Source: Candidatus Marinacidobacterales bacterium
GTDB taxonomy: Bacteria > Acidobacteriota > Vicinamibacteria > Marinacidobacterales > DATDRI01
Reading direction: 5' to 3'
Length of the DNA stretch: 64,000 bases
Assembly: GCA_965226495.1 (NCBI GenBank)
Contig: OZ245365.1
Coordinates: forward strand, 2,080,001-2,144,000
The notes beneath the pieces are model-generated. The model made no database searches. It saw nothing but the letters and a program-made list of their open reading frames with translations, and was not told the DNA's origin. The translations under genes were made by a program, and so were the position numbers. This document shows, in pieces, positions 18,535 to 28,792 of the stretch (within the stretch, counting starts at the first letter, position 1; each line of letters opens with the position of its first letter).

Positions 18535-20955
18535 TCAGACGCTGAGATTCAGGAAAGTCTCCGGGTCGAACGAGTCCACTTGGATGACCTCGGCACGAGC
18601 TTCATCCGCGGCGAGAACCTTTTGGCGCTCCTCCTCGTCGATGATGCCCGCTTCGAGCGCGAGATTCAGGAGCTCGTCGCCGGGGGCACGGTCGAGAAGT
18701 CCCGAACGAACAGCATCCCGAATCTTCGTCTCCACCGCCAGTGCGGCGACCGCTTTGTCGAGTGCCGCCTCCATTTTGCCAAGCCCGGGCTCGTCGGGTC
18801 CGGGGATGTAGATGTCCTTGGTGAGATGTAGCCGAGCTTGTCGGTCCTCGAGAAGCCCGCGCGCCACCGCACCGCCCAAGCGATCACTAGGCGGACGCAG
18901 CCGGGCGCCCAGCGGAACGACGAGGAAGTGAAGCAACCACGCTGCCGGGCGGTTGGGAAGGTTGTCCATGATTCCGAGAAGAGCGGATTGAATTTGAAAC
19001 AGAGCGTGCTCGCAGGACCACGAGACGAAAGGGAGATCTCTTTTGAGCTGGCCGTCGTCGAAAAATTGCTTGAGGGAGGCGGAAGCGAGATACATCCAAG
19101 CGAGAGCATCTGCCAGGCGAGCGCTGATTTTCTCCTTGCGTTTGAGACGACCACCCAATGTTGCCATCGCAACGCCAGAGACGATGGCAAAGGCGCTGCT
19201 CATGCGGCTGAGTTGTTGAAAGTAGGTCTTGATCTTGCCCCGTCCCGGCGTGTGGAGTAGCTTACCGCCGGTCAGGCCCAGCAGAAAGGAACGCGTCGAG
19301 TTTTTCAAAGCGAACCCGATGTGCTTGAAGAAGGCGCGGTCGAAACTAGCCAGATCGCCCGCTGCAATAGCTTGCATTTCCTCTCGCACGTACGGATGGC
19401 AACGAATCGCCCCTTGCCCGTATATGATCATGGATCGCGTGAGGATGTTCGCGCCCTCCACCGTGATGGCGATGGGGACGGACTTGAAGATGGGCTCAAG
19501 AGTGTTGCGAGGACCGCGGCTGATTGCAGCGCCGGCTCGGATATCCATGGCATCGTTGACGACCTGCCGCATCGCCTCCGTCGAATAAGCTTTCATGATG
19601 GCCGAGACGACCGATGGTTTTTCCCCGTGATCGATGGCGCCGAGAGTAAGTTTCCGCGCTGCGTTCATGAGATAGGTGAGCCCTCCGATCCGCGCGAGGG
19701 GCTCCTCGATTCCCTCGAAGCGACCAATCGGAGTATCGAACTGCTCCCGCACGGTGGCGTAAGCCCCTACCAGCCGTGTGGACAGCTCTGCGGCTCCTAC
19801 GGAGAGGGAAGGTAGTGAGATGCCCCTTCCCACTGCCAGACTTTCCATGAGCATGCGCCAGCCCTTGCCGGCCATCTCCTTGCCTCCGATGATGAAATCC
19901 AAGGGAACGAAGACGTCGTGACCATAGTTGGGACCGTTTTGGAACGCGACGCCCATGGCATCGTGCCGATCCCCGATTTTGACGCCGGGCAGGTGGGAGG
20001 GGATCAGGGCGGCGGTGATTCCCAAGTCTTCGGATCCTCCGAGAAGGCCGTCAGGGTCTTTGAGCCGGAAAGCCAAGCCTATGACCGTCGAAATCGGTCC
20101 TAGGGTGATATAGCGTTTGCTCCAGTTAAGACGCATTCCCAAGACTTCTTTTCCCTCGAACTGCCCGTGGCAAACGACGCCGATACTCTGGGTGGCGGCG
20201 GCATCGCTGCCGGCTTCCGGGCCGGTCAGCGCGAAGCAGGGGATCTCTTCGCCGTTCGCCAACCGGGGTAGGTAATAGCGCTTCTGATCGTCGGTGCCGT
20301 AGTGGAGAAGGAGCTCGGCCGGTCCGAGAGAATTGGGCACCATCACCGTTACCGCGGCGGCAACACTGCGGCTGGCGACTTTTATGACAACCGCGGAATG
20401 GGCTCGAGCGGAGAAACCGAGGCCGCCGTACTCCTCGGGGATGATCATCCCCAAGAAGCCATGTTTCTTCATGAAGTCCCAAGCCTCGGGGGGGAGTTGG
20501 CGGGCCTGGGTGATCTCCCATTCGTTCAACATCCGACAAAGCTCTTCGACCGGCCCTTGGAGAAACTCCCGCTCCCGCTCAGAGAGACCGGGGATCTCGA
20601 AATCGAGCAGCTTCTTCCAGTCGGGATTGCCGGAGAAGAGGTCGCCGTCCCACCAGACCGTGCCCGCATCGAGGGCTACCCGCTCGGTCTCTCCCATGCG
20701 CGGTAGAGCCGACGCGAAGGCGGGCATCAGCGGGCGGGTCACCAACTGACGGCGTATGGCCGGGATTCCGAATAGGACTGCCAGAACTCCGAAGAGAACC
20801 CCCAGAATCGTCCATGTGGTGGGTGAAATCGAGCCGTGGTACGAGGCGGCGGGTGCCAATGCCAGCCCGCCGAGGACCCACGCCCAATATCCGTGGCCGC
20901 GGTATAACAAAGTGATGGCTAGGACGGCAGCGAGGGCGACGAAGAGCCACGGCAT
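18535..20955 (-). CDS. fadE: Long-form acyl-CoA dehydrogenase
   Basis: N-terminal TM segments, VMVPNSLGPAELL, FALTGPEAGSDA, ITVEGANILTR; 806 aa with C-terminal extension. Confidence 0.92.
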   Translation of the reverse strand: MPWLFVALAAVLAITLLYRGHGYWAWVLGGLALAPAASYHGSISPTTWTILGVLFGVLAVLFGIPAIRRQLVTRPLMPAFASALPRMGETERVALDAGTVWWDGDLFSGNPDWKKLLDFEIPGLSEREREFLQGPVEELCRMLNEWEITQARQLPPEAWDFMKKHGFLGMIIPEEYGGLGFSARAHSAVVIKVASRSVAAAVTVMVPNSLGPAELLLHYGTDDQKRYYLPRLANGEEIPCFALTGPEAGSDAAATQSIGVVCHGQFEGKEVLGMRLNWSKRYITLGPISTVIGLAFRLKDPDGLLGGSEDLGITAALIPSHLPGVKIGDRHDAMGVAFQNGPNYGHDVFVPLDFIIGGKEMAGKGWRMLMESLAVGRGISLPSLSVGAAELSTRLVGAYATVREQFDTPIGRFEGIEEPLARIGGLTYLMNAARKLTLGAIDHGEKPSVVSAIMKAYSTEAMRQVVNDAMDIRAGAAISRGPRNTLEPIFKSVPIAITVEGANILTRSMIIYGQGAIRCHPYVREEMQAIAAGDLASFDRAFFKHIGFALKNSTRSFLLGLTGGKLLHTPGRGKIKTYFQQLSRMSSAFAIVSGVAMATLGGRLKRKEKISARLADALAWMYLASASLKQFFDDGQLKRDLPFVSWSCEHALFQIQSALLGIMDNLPNRPAAWLLHFLVVPLGARLRPPSDRLGGAVARGLLEDRQARLHLTKDIYIPGPDEPGLGKMEAALDKAVAALAVETKIRDAVRSGLLDRAPGDELLNLALEAGIIDEEERQKVLAADEARAEVIQVDSFDPETFLNLSV

Positions 20956-21005
20956 CGAGCTTGCTCAGGAGGAACGAATGGAAACGAGTCTCTCGATTAC
21001 TAAGA

Positions 21006-21071
21006 TACCACGGATAGTAAGGCGTGCCATATGAGTGTTACCACGGATAGTAAGGCGTGCCATATGAGTGT
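21006..21071. repeat. Perfect 33-bp tandem duplication
   Basis: TACCACGGATAGTAAGGCGTGCCATATGAGTGT at 21006-21038 and 21039-21071. Confidence 0.95.
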
Positions 21072-21101
21072 TTATGGGGGTTCAACGGTCGCGGACGGTT
21101 C

Positions 21102-21130
21102 TTGCTTGTCCGGCTCACCGTCATTATAAT
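21102..21130 (+). promoter_or_regulatory. Sigma70-type promoter for murJ
   Basis: TTGCTT-17 nt-TATAAT just upstream of the start. Confidence 0.55.
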
Positions 21131-21138
21131 GACGGAAC

Positions 21139-22875
21139 TTGATGTCCTCTTCTCCAACTGAGAGGCAAATCCACGCGAAATCAAGCCATCATTCTCCTTC
21201 CACGACAGGATCCAACTCCCAGGGTACCGGCGGCGCCGGATCGCGTGACTCCACCGAAAAGCTGACGCGTTCCGCCGGGACGGTCACCATCGGCGTGATG
21301 GGTTCCCGTCTGCTCGGACTCGTCCGCGAAATGGTTCTCGCCTACTTCTTCCGTACCGGTGCCGGCCTAGATGCTTTTTACGCGGCCTTCCGCATCCCGA
21401 ACTTGCTGCGGGATATGTTTGGAGAAGGAGCTCTCAGTAAGGCGTTCGTCTCTACGTTCAGCGAGGTCGGGGAGAAAGAGGGCGAGGAAGCGGGGGTTCG
21501 CCTCGCCAATCTGGTGCTCAACGCGCTGTTAGTCATCGTTGGCATGGCGACATTGCTGGGGATCTATTTCTCCGAAGAGATCGTGAGCGCCATGCTGCCC
21601 GGCAGCGGCTTCAACCTGCCGCTCCCCGCGGATGAAAGTTTTGGTTTCGCCAGTAAGCGTGAGCTGACCGTCTTCCTGACGCAGGTCATGTTTCCCTTCC
21701 TACTCCTGGTCAGCGTGGCGGCGGTGGCAATGGGATTCTTGAACGCCCGTGGGCGGTTCATTGTGCCGGCTATGGCCTCGATGTTCTTCAACCTGGGCGC
21801 GATTGTGGTCGGTGTGGCCGGTTACTTTGTGGCACCGAGTTTTGGGCAGCATCCCACAGTAGGGATGGCGGTGGGAGTGCTCGCGGGTGGCGTGCTGCAG
21901 CTGCTGTGGCAGGTTCCGGCGCTCTGGAGGCAGGGCTATCGCTATCGTGCGGCACTCAACTTTCGCGATCCGGGTTTCCAGAAAGTCCTTCGCTTGTTCG
22001 GCCCCGGGGCGTTGGTCGCTGCGACCGTGCAGGTGAACGTCTTCATCAATTCGGTCTTCGCCTCCTTGGGCTCTGGCTGGTTGTCTTGGATCACTCAGTC
22101 ATTCCGCCTTTTGCATCTACCCATTGGGCTTGTCGGCGTGGCGGTATCGGTTGTGTCTTTGCCTGCTCTCAGCAGAGCGGTGGCGCGGAGCGACCAAACG
22201 GAGTTTCGCGAAACCTTCTCTCATGCCATGCGGCTCGTGTTGCTTTTCATGATTCCGGCGTCGGTTGGGCTGATCGTTCTGTCGGAGCCCATCGTGCGTC
22301 TCATCTACGAACGAGGGCGGTTCGAGGCTAACGATACGCGCCAGGTTGCTGCGACGCTCGTTTTCTACGCCCTCGGGCTGACCAGCTACGCAGCGGTGAA
22401 GATCGTGACCGACGGTTTCTATGCGCTTCAGGATATTCGGGCGCCGTTGGTAGTCAGCATCTTGACGATGATCGCCAACGCTGGGCTGAACTGGTTCTTT
22501 ATCGCCAAATTGGGTATGGATCACCGCGGCTTGGCGCTCTCCACTTCCTGTACGATGACCGTTTCTCTGGCATGGCTGTGGTTCCTACTGCGTCGCCGAA
22601 GTGGATTGGCTGGGCTAGGGGGAGGGGCAACCCTGGCGATGATGGGGAAAATGATCGTCGCGTCGGCGATTATGGGAATGGTGGCCGCCGGCACCAGTGA
22701 GTTCCTCGATTCCCGGCTAGGCCACGAGGCACTGCTGCCCCGGCTGGCACAAGTGGGCGCTTCAATAGGCTTGGCGTTCGTCGTACTTTATGGGGCGTGC
22801 AAAGTTCTGCGCGTCAGTGAAATGGATCAGGCGTTGCGCGCCCTCGCCGGCCGAGGGCGCGAGATGGAGGTGTGA
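21139..22875 (+). CDS. murJ: Lipid II flippase MurJ (MviN)
   Basis: SRLLGLVRE, DAFYAAFRIPNLLR..FGEGAL, GFYALQD...P. Confidence 0.95.
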   Translation: MMSSSPTERQIHAKSSHHSPSTTGSNSQGTGGAGSRDSTEKLTRSAGTVTIGVMGSRLLGLVREMVLAYFFRTGAGLDAFYAAFRIPNLLRDMFGEGALSKAFVSTFSEVGEKEGEEAGVRLANLVLNALLVIVGMATLLGIYFSEEIVSAMLPGSGFNLPLPADESFGFASKRELTVFLTQVMFPFLLLVSVAAVAMGFLNARGRFIVPAMASMFFNLGAIVVGVAGYFVAPSFGQHPTVGMAVGVLAGGVLQLLWQVPALWRQGYRYRAALNFRDPGFQKVLRLFGPGALVAATVQVNVFINSVFASLGSGWLSWITQSFRLLHLPIGLVGVAVSVVSLPALSRAVARSDQTEFRETFSHAMRLVLLFMIPASVGLIVLSEPIVRLIYERGRFEANDTRQVAATLVFYALGLTSYAAVKIVTDGFYALQDIRAPLVVSILTMIANAGLNWFFIAKLGMDHRGLALSTSCTMTVSLAWLWFLLRRRSGLAGLGGGATLAMMGKMIVASAIMGMVAAGTSEFLDSRLGHEALLPRLAQVGASIGLAFVVLYGACKVLRVSEMDQALRALAGRGREMEV

Positions 22876-23672
22876 TGATACTAGGCCGAACCGGAGTTCT
22901 TCTTGTCTTTTTCGTGTTGTCAGTCGGCTATGCGAGCGCCCAGCAGCGGCGTGCCCCCGGCAAGGCAGCTGGGACGGGCTACGGCGAATTCTTCCGAGTC
23001 GAGTTCCAGTATCGTAATTGGAACGCCAAACATACCACCGAGCTCGAGATCGGGCCCGATTCCACGAATATCTCATTGGGTGACGATCTGAACTTGCCGG
23101 ACGAGCGGATCAACGCGTTCATGGGGACGGTGCGCATATTGCGTTTCCTGAAAGCCAGGGGCTCTTACCTGAAACGAGACTACGAGGGGAGCGCAACCAT
23201 TCGCCGCGACCGGACCATCGGGGGCGTGACGTTTCCGGCTCTGACAGATATGGATACCGCGCTCACCATCGAGTACACGACGATTGGAGCGGAAGGAGAT
23301 CTCTACGAGACCCGCGAGTTCATCTTTTCGGTGGTCGGTGACTACACGCGCTTCCGCGCTGACACGGCCATAAGGGGCTCGAACGGCGGGTCTGCGGCTC
23401 TCGGCAGGAGGGAAGTGGCGCTTCTGACTCTCGGTCTCAAGGTTAAACTCTACCTCACGCCGGCTGCGGCTGTCGTTTTGGAGGCCAGCGGTATGAGGAA
23501 GGGGGGGACCGGAGCCCTGACCAACTTAGACGCTACGTTCTTCTACAACTTCAATAAGAGCTTTGCCGTCTCCTTAGGATACGAGAACAGGTACGCGCGT
23601 ATAGACCGGCCCGGGAGGCGGGAGATCTTTCGCCTGGCGGGCGCGTATTTCGTGGTGGCGGCTCGCTTTTGA
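22872..23672 (+). CDS. Hypothetical outer-membrane beta-barrel protein
   Basis: Signal peptide (ASAQ), amphipathic strands, terminal Phe; overlaps murJ and xerD. Confidence 0.6.
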   Translation: MMILGRTGVLLVFFVLSVGYASAQQRRAPGKAAGTGYGEFFRVEFQYRNWNAKHTTELEIGPDSTNISLGDDLNLPDERINAFMGTVRILRFLKARGSYLKRDYEGSATIRRDRTIGGVTFPALTDMDTALTIEYTTIGAEGDLYETREFIFSVVGDYTRFRADTAIRGSNGGSAALGRREVALLTLGLKVKLYLTPAAAVVLEASGMRKGGTGALTNLDATFFYNFNKSFAVSLGYENRYARIDRPGRREIFRLAGAYFVVAARF

Positions 23673-24547
23673 AAAAATCCTTTCTTGAATATCTCGAAGT
23701 GGAGAGGGGTCTTTCCGAGAACACCATCGCTGCCTATCGGCGCGATATGGCAAAGCTCGACGTGTTTGCCCGAGAGGACGGGAAGAAACTCGAGGAGCTA
23801 ACCGCTTCTGATATTCGAAGTTTTCTTCGTCAACTTCACCGCCAGGGTCTTTCTCACCGCTCTATCGCTCGGGCCTTATCGGCCACCAAGGGGCTCTATC
23901 GTTTCGCCGCGGCGGAGCGCATGGTAGCAATGGATCCGACGGAACAAGTCGAATCTCCCAGTGTGCCACGTAGCCTGCCACACTATCTTTCGCTGGAGGA
24001 AGTAGACCAGATCTTGGCTGCCCCGGACACGAAGACCGCGGCCGGTCTTCGTGACCGAACCATGATGGAGACGTTATACGCCACCGGGCTTCGAGTCTCC
24101 GAGTTGGTCTCGCTACGTGTCGACGACCTCTACCTCGACGCCGGATACCTCCGTTGCCGGGGCAAGGGGAGAAAAGAACGAATCGTTCCGCTGGGGCGTT
24201 CCGCGGCAAAGTGGCTCCGGCGTTACCTGAGTCGAGGGCGCCGCGAGCTTTCCGCCAAGGCCGGTCCGTGGGTCTTTCTAAGCCGTTTGGGGACCCGGAT
24301 GACCCGCCAGCGCTTTTGGCAAATCCTCCAAGGCTGCGGAACGAAGTGCGGGATTAACCGGAGGCTCTCCCCCCACGTGGTCCGTCACTCCTTCGCCACG
24401 CATCTTCTGGAGAGGGGCGCCGACTTGCGCTCGCTGCAGCTCATGCTCGGACATTCGGACATCGGGACCACGCAGATCTATACGCACGTCAGCCGCGAAC
24501 GCCTGCGCCGCGTCTACGATCAGTACCATCCCCGCGCCCGCCGGTAG
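23669..24547 (+). CDS. xerD: Tyrosine recombinase XerD
   Basis: YATGLRVSEL, KGRKERIVP, HVVRHSFATHLLERGADLR..Q.MLGH.DI.TTQIY. Confidence 0.93.
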   Translation: MKKSFLEYLEVERGLSENTIAAYRRDMAKLDVFAREDGKKLEELTASDIRSFLRQLHRQGLSHRSIARALSATKGLYRFAAAERMVAMDPTEQVESPSVPRSLPHYLSLEEVDQILAAPDTKTAAGLRDRTMMETLYATGLRVSELVSLRVDDLYLDAGYLRCRGKGRKERIVPLGRSAAKWLRRYLSRGRRELSAKAGPWVFLSRLGTRMTRQRFWQILQGCGTKCGINRRLSPHVVRHSFATHLLERGADLRSLQLMLGHSDIGTTQIYTHVSRERLRRVYDQYHPRARR

Positions 24548-24662
24548 CCGCCTGAATTACAACTCCGGCGTCCTGGCTTCCGGGGGCGACAACCAGATGG
24601 ATGACCTGCAGGCCGAGTTGACGAAAATCTACGACCCGCTCGCCTAGAGCCTCTCCCAAGAG

Positions 24663-26469
24663 TCAAAGCTCTAGCGCTTCCAGCCGCCGTTGTCCCCAGC
24701 GAATGGGGAGCACGACCGCCGCTAGATTGAGAAGTCCCACTGCTACGAGTGCCAGGAGGGCAACGAGCAACGGTAGGTTGAGCGGCTCTCCCCGATACTG
24801 TGCGGACAAGTAGAAATAGACGGGCAGCGCTTCTAAGAACAACACCAGGGCAATGAAGGAAGTCGTCGCGATCATGTAGAGAAGGCCGCCACTGCTCCCG
24901 GCTATTTGAGTGATGTTCTCGAAGCGGAAACGAGGAAACATGGCACCCATCCCCACGCCCAATCCGACGATGCCGAAGCAGACGAAAAGAATGGTCACCG
25001 AGGCGAGGATGGTCATGAATTGCGACGCACCGAGAAAGTGGTTCGATGCCAGCGTCAGGATCTGAGATAGCACGAGGAGGGGAGGTAGTGCGGTCCAGAA
25101 CTTGCTCCACAGAAACCGCCGCAACGATAGGTGGCGATGCCAGCGTCAGGATCTGAGATAGCACGAGGAGGGGAGGTAGTGCGGTCCAGAACTTGCTCCA
25201 CAGAAACCGCCGCAACGATAGGGGCGAGCTACGAATAATCCAGAATGCTTGGCCTTCGATGGAAACCGCGGTGAAGACGAAGCGGACCGCTACCGCCGAG
25301 AGGACAAAGCCGGCTAACCCCAGATTCAAGAACGAGAATAGGTTTTGTAGGAAGAAAGTCGCAAAAGTGAAGTTGGAGGGAAGGACACTGAAGTTGTAAA
25401 GGTAGACGACCACCAAGGCCAAGAGAAGGAAAAGCTGTGACCACTGAGTTGGATCTCGTAAGAAGCTCTTCAGGTCTTTCAGTAGTAGAGAGCGAAATCG
25501 GAGCTCGAGGGGCCGGGTCGCGAGCTCGAGTAAGCGATCGAGCATCGGCGCGGCGGTGAAGCGAGCGGGCTGCGCCTCCTGGGCCCGTGAGTAACCCTGG
25601 CGGTAGAGTGCCCGCGCCTGCCAACATCCCAGGACGATCATCGCCGCCGCCGTGGACCACAGGAGGAACAAGACGAACCACGGAAGCGCGTCTCCCTGCC
25701 GCGCGGTTGCCAAGACCTCGGTTGCCCAGGTGCTGGGCAGGAGCGGAGAGGCCGGGGCGCGGAAAGCGGAAAAAAACTCACTGATGTCGTAGATAGAGCT
25801 GGGGTTCAACAGCCTTTCAGGCTGCTGAGTTCGTATCAAGAACACCAACAGGGCCACGAAAAGAGCTCCGATCATCATGAGCAACTCGCGAACCCGTCGG
25901 GCGGGAAATATGAACATGAGCGCCGAAGTGATCATTGTGCCTAGCGCTGCCGGGATAGCTAGCAAGGGGAGCAAAACCAGCACCACCGCGAGGAGAAACC
26001 AAAGCGGTGTCGGAGAGGTCAAGGCGAAGGCGATGTACATGGGTAAGCTGAAGACGAGCACCATCCAAGAAGACTGGACCAGCGTCAGGACGAGTCGGGA
26101 TGCGTAGAGCGCAGGCAGTGACACCGGGCTGCTAGCTAGTAGTGCCAGGTCCGCGGATACGTATTGGGTGGAGTGTGCGGTCACCACATTGCTGGCGAGG
26201 AGGACGGCGAACAAGAACACCGAGACCGTTGCCAAGACTTGGTGGGTGAGCGGGGCGGTGAACTCGGAGAATCGTCCGATGTACCAGAGCATGCGGTAGA
26301 AACCGGCGAAAATACCTAGGGAGAACAAGACCGTGATCCCGCCAAAGAGTGTAAAACGGAGGAACTCGCCCTTGCCCGCCAGTCGCCGCCGGTTTTGAAA
26401 TGCCAGGACGGAGGGAGTGAGGAGGTGAAGGATTTGGCGCGGAGTGAACTCCGGAGTCGCTAGCGTCAA
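24663..26469 (-). pseudogene. ABC transporter permease split by a 91-bp frameshifting duplication (pseudogene or assembly error)
   Basis: ORFs 26469->24520 and 25124->24663 both contain RRFLWSKFWTALPPLLVLSQILTLAS; removing one copy joins them into a multi-TM permease (KDLKSFLRDPTQWSQL, EGQAFWIIRSSP). Confidence 0.85.
25044..25222. repeat. 88-bp direct repeat, period 91
   Basis: Identical copies at 25044-25131 and 25135-25222 separated by TGG. Confidence 0.95.
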
Positions 26470-27221
26470 CTCCCTGCTCCGCCCCCCTCGCGGAAACCTT
26501 CCCCGCCGGTGAGTTTCAGGAAAATGGGCTCGAGCTCTGGAATCTCACTTTCCGCTTGGCGCTGAAGCGCATCCATGGATCCGAGTGCGATCAGCTTTCC
26601 CTTGAGAATGATGCCGATGCGGTCGCACATCGTCTGCGCGACTTCCAGCGTATGAGTCGACATGAAGATGGTTGCACCATTTTGGCAAAGAGTGCGAAAG
26701 ATGTGCTTGATGAGGCGGTGCCCTCTCGGATCCAGTCCCACCATGGGCTCGTCGACGACCAGAACCTTGGGGTCGTGAATAAAGGAGGAGGCCATCACCA
26801 GTCGCTGTTTCATTCCATGGGAGAAACTCTCGATCAGGTTTGCACGAAACTCGCTCAGCTCGACCAGCTCGAGGAGCTCGTCGATGCGGCGCCCAACATC
26901 ATTCCCGTTGATGCCATAGATGCCAGCGACGAATTGCAGGAATTCGGTGGCGGAGAGTTTCTCGTACAGAAACGGGCGTTCGGGTATGAAACCCAGGGCC
27001 GCCTTCGCCTTTTCAGGTTCGAGATCCAGGTCGTGGCCGGCCAGCACGATGCGACCCGAGGTGGGCCGCAAGAGCCCAGCCATCATCTTGATCGTCGTTG
27101 TCTTACCGGCACCGTTGGGGCCCAGGAAGCCGAAGAGCTCACCCGGTTGGACATCGAGATCGAGTTGATCGACGGCGACGTGTTGACCATATCGCTTGGT
27201 CAGTCCTTGGAGTTTAATCAT
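26466..27221 (-). CDS. ABC transporter ATP-binding protein
   Basis: GPNGAGKTT, FSHGMKQR, VVDEP, STH. Confidence 0.95.
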   Translation of the reverse strand: MIKLQGLTKRYGQHVAVDQLDLDVQPGELFGFLGPNGAGKTTTIKMMAGLLRPTSGRIVLAGHDLDLEPEKAKAALGFIPERPFLYEKLSATEFLQFVAGIYGINGNDVGRRIDELLELVELSEFRANLIESFSHGMKQRLVMASSFIHDPKVLVVDEPMVGLDPRGHRLIKHIFRTLCQNGATIFMSTHTLEVAQTMCDRIGIILKGKLIALGSMDALQRQAESEIPELEPIFLKLTGGEGFREGGGAGS

Positions 27222-28687
27222 TCCGCCTCCAAGATTTCGATCGTGGCCCCACGCCCCAGTAGTTTGAGAACCTCGAACTGTTGTTCGAAGCCGCCGGTGA
27301 GGAGTCGCAAGTGAAGAGGATCAGCCGGGAACTGCCCGAATGTAGGATCGACTGCCAGCCACTTGCCGACCCAGACCTCCGGCCAAGCGTGGTAGTAGAA
27401 CTGTCCCGCGCTGAAGGCGAGGCCGGTGCACATCCTAGTCGGTATCCCGGATGCTCTTGCGAGAGCGGTGAACAGCACGGTGTGCTCGTTACAGTCTCCG
27501 GCCATTTGTTCGAGAACCTCGCGCGCGCTTGGGACTGACAGAGTGGGGGTCTTGCGCACGTTCTCGTAGACCCAGCTCGTGATGACACGAGCCGCTTCGA
27601 CGGGAGAGAGGTTTGTCGTGAGTCGCGCGGCTTGCGCCTTGATGTCGGGATCGTCCGACTGCACGAAACTATCGTTGGCGAGGGCCTGCCGGCGCTCTTC
27701 ACCCGGTAGAGTGGCGGGGCCCGAAAAGGGAAGCTTCTCGACTTCGATGACCACCTCGGTGTCGAAGAGCGTTTGGCGGCCGCCGTCGAGGCCGCTCCAA
27801 GGGAACGGGAACTTCTCCAGTCGAAGCCGTGCAACCTTCAACGAGCCCGGATTTTCCGCAAAACCGATGGCGGGAACAGCGGTGGCAGCCAGCATATCGG
27901 GCGCCGGGCCTTCGTTTTGAGCTTGGAGGCCGCTCCCCGGTGCTTCCTTAATCAACGTCCAACCGAGAGGGGTTTCCTCTTTGAGTATCTCACCGTCGGC
28001 GTTGATCCAGGCGGTCGTACTGAGCCCCGCGAACCGAGAACGAATCCTGAAGGCTTCCTCTTCGCGCCCACCCCAGCGAACGATTTCTCTCTCCAGAACA
28101 GTGATCTCCGCTTCACCTTCGGTCAGGGTCATCGGATCGAGCAAGCGAAGCCGGTACTCCTGACCGGATGCCAATCCCTTGGCGGCTAGAGACCGGTGGA
28201 GGTTGATGGGTAGCACCAGCGGCTCTTCGAGTTGTCGTCGTTCGGTCCGAGAGCTGCTGCCGGACCGGATGTCGAGGACCAGCTCTTGCCCCTCTACTTT
28301 TCCTCTGACCTCAGTCTCGAATGGGGAGCGATCGGAGGCGGTTGTTAGGCGAAAGCTAAACTCGTCGAGCTCGCCGCCGGCCCCAACCGTAGCCGACCCG
28401 GCGATGTCCATTTGCCGTTCCCGGCCCAAGATGTTCAGGGTGAATCGTCCTTCTTGCTCGGCTCGCGCACCCTCTTTCAAAGGGGTGAATCTCTCTCGCA
28501 CGAAACCGATTCGATTCCCCAGATAGAATACTCCTCGCTGTGTGATGCCGGCTTCCCCGGGCGATGCGGCGTCGAGGATGGTCGCCGAGGCTTTCCTAGG
28601 GGCATTCCGTAGGATGTGCATACCGAATGCGACCGCCCAGCAGACCACAATCGCGACGGCAACGGGCCGCCCGGGCTTTATTGTCAT
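27218..28687 (-). CDS. Membrane-anchored transglutaminase-like protein
   Basis: GDCNEH (Cys), YYHAWPEV (His), VDPT (Asp); N-terminal TM after ATG 28687. Confidence 0.85.
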   Translation of the reverse strand: MTIKPGRPVAVAIVVCWAVAFGMHILRNAPRKASATILDAASPGEAGITQRGVFYLGNRIGFVRERFTPLKEGARAEQEGRFTLNILGRERQMDIAGSATVGAGGELDEFSFRLTTASDRSPFETEVRGKVEGQELVLDIRSGSSSRTERRQLEEPLVLPINLHRSLAAKGLASGQEYRLRLLDPMTLTEGEAEITVLEREIVRWGGREEEAFRIRSRFAGLSTTAWINADGEILKEETPLGWTLIKEAPGSGLQAQNEGPAPDMLAATAVPAIGFAENPGSLKVARLRLEKFPFPWSGLDGGRQTLFDTEVVIEVEKLPFSGPATLPGEERRQALANDSFVQSDDPDIKAQAARLTTNLSPVEAARVITSWVYENVRKTPTLSVPSAREVLEQMAGDCNEHTVLFTALARASGIPTRMCTGLAFSAGQFYYHAWPEVWVGKWLAVDPTFGQFPADPLHLRLLTGGFEQQFEVLKLLGRGATIEILEAE

Positions 28688-28792
28688 TTGAGGGATGGAC
28701 TTTCTTCTAGGAGGAACAGCGCTATTATAGCACGGTAAACCCTTGAGTAGGCAGGGCTCGCGCGTCATCACACGGCAGGGGGGAGGCGACAG

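Noticed and set aside
21006-21071. 33-bp repeat as a CRISPR array or sigma54 site
   Set aside because: Only two abutting copies with no spacer and no cas genes; TGGCACG on the minus strand lacks the -12 TTGC.
23669-24547. Tyrosine recombinase as an island or prophage integrase
   Set aside because: Size and motifs fit housekeeping XerD; no att repeats, tRNA or phage genes nearby.
24520-25130. C-terminal tail of the 649-aa ORF overlapping xerD
   Set aside because: Out-of-frame read-through caused by the 91-bp duplication.
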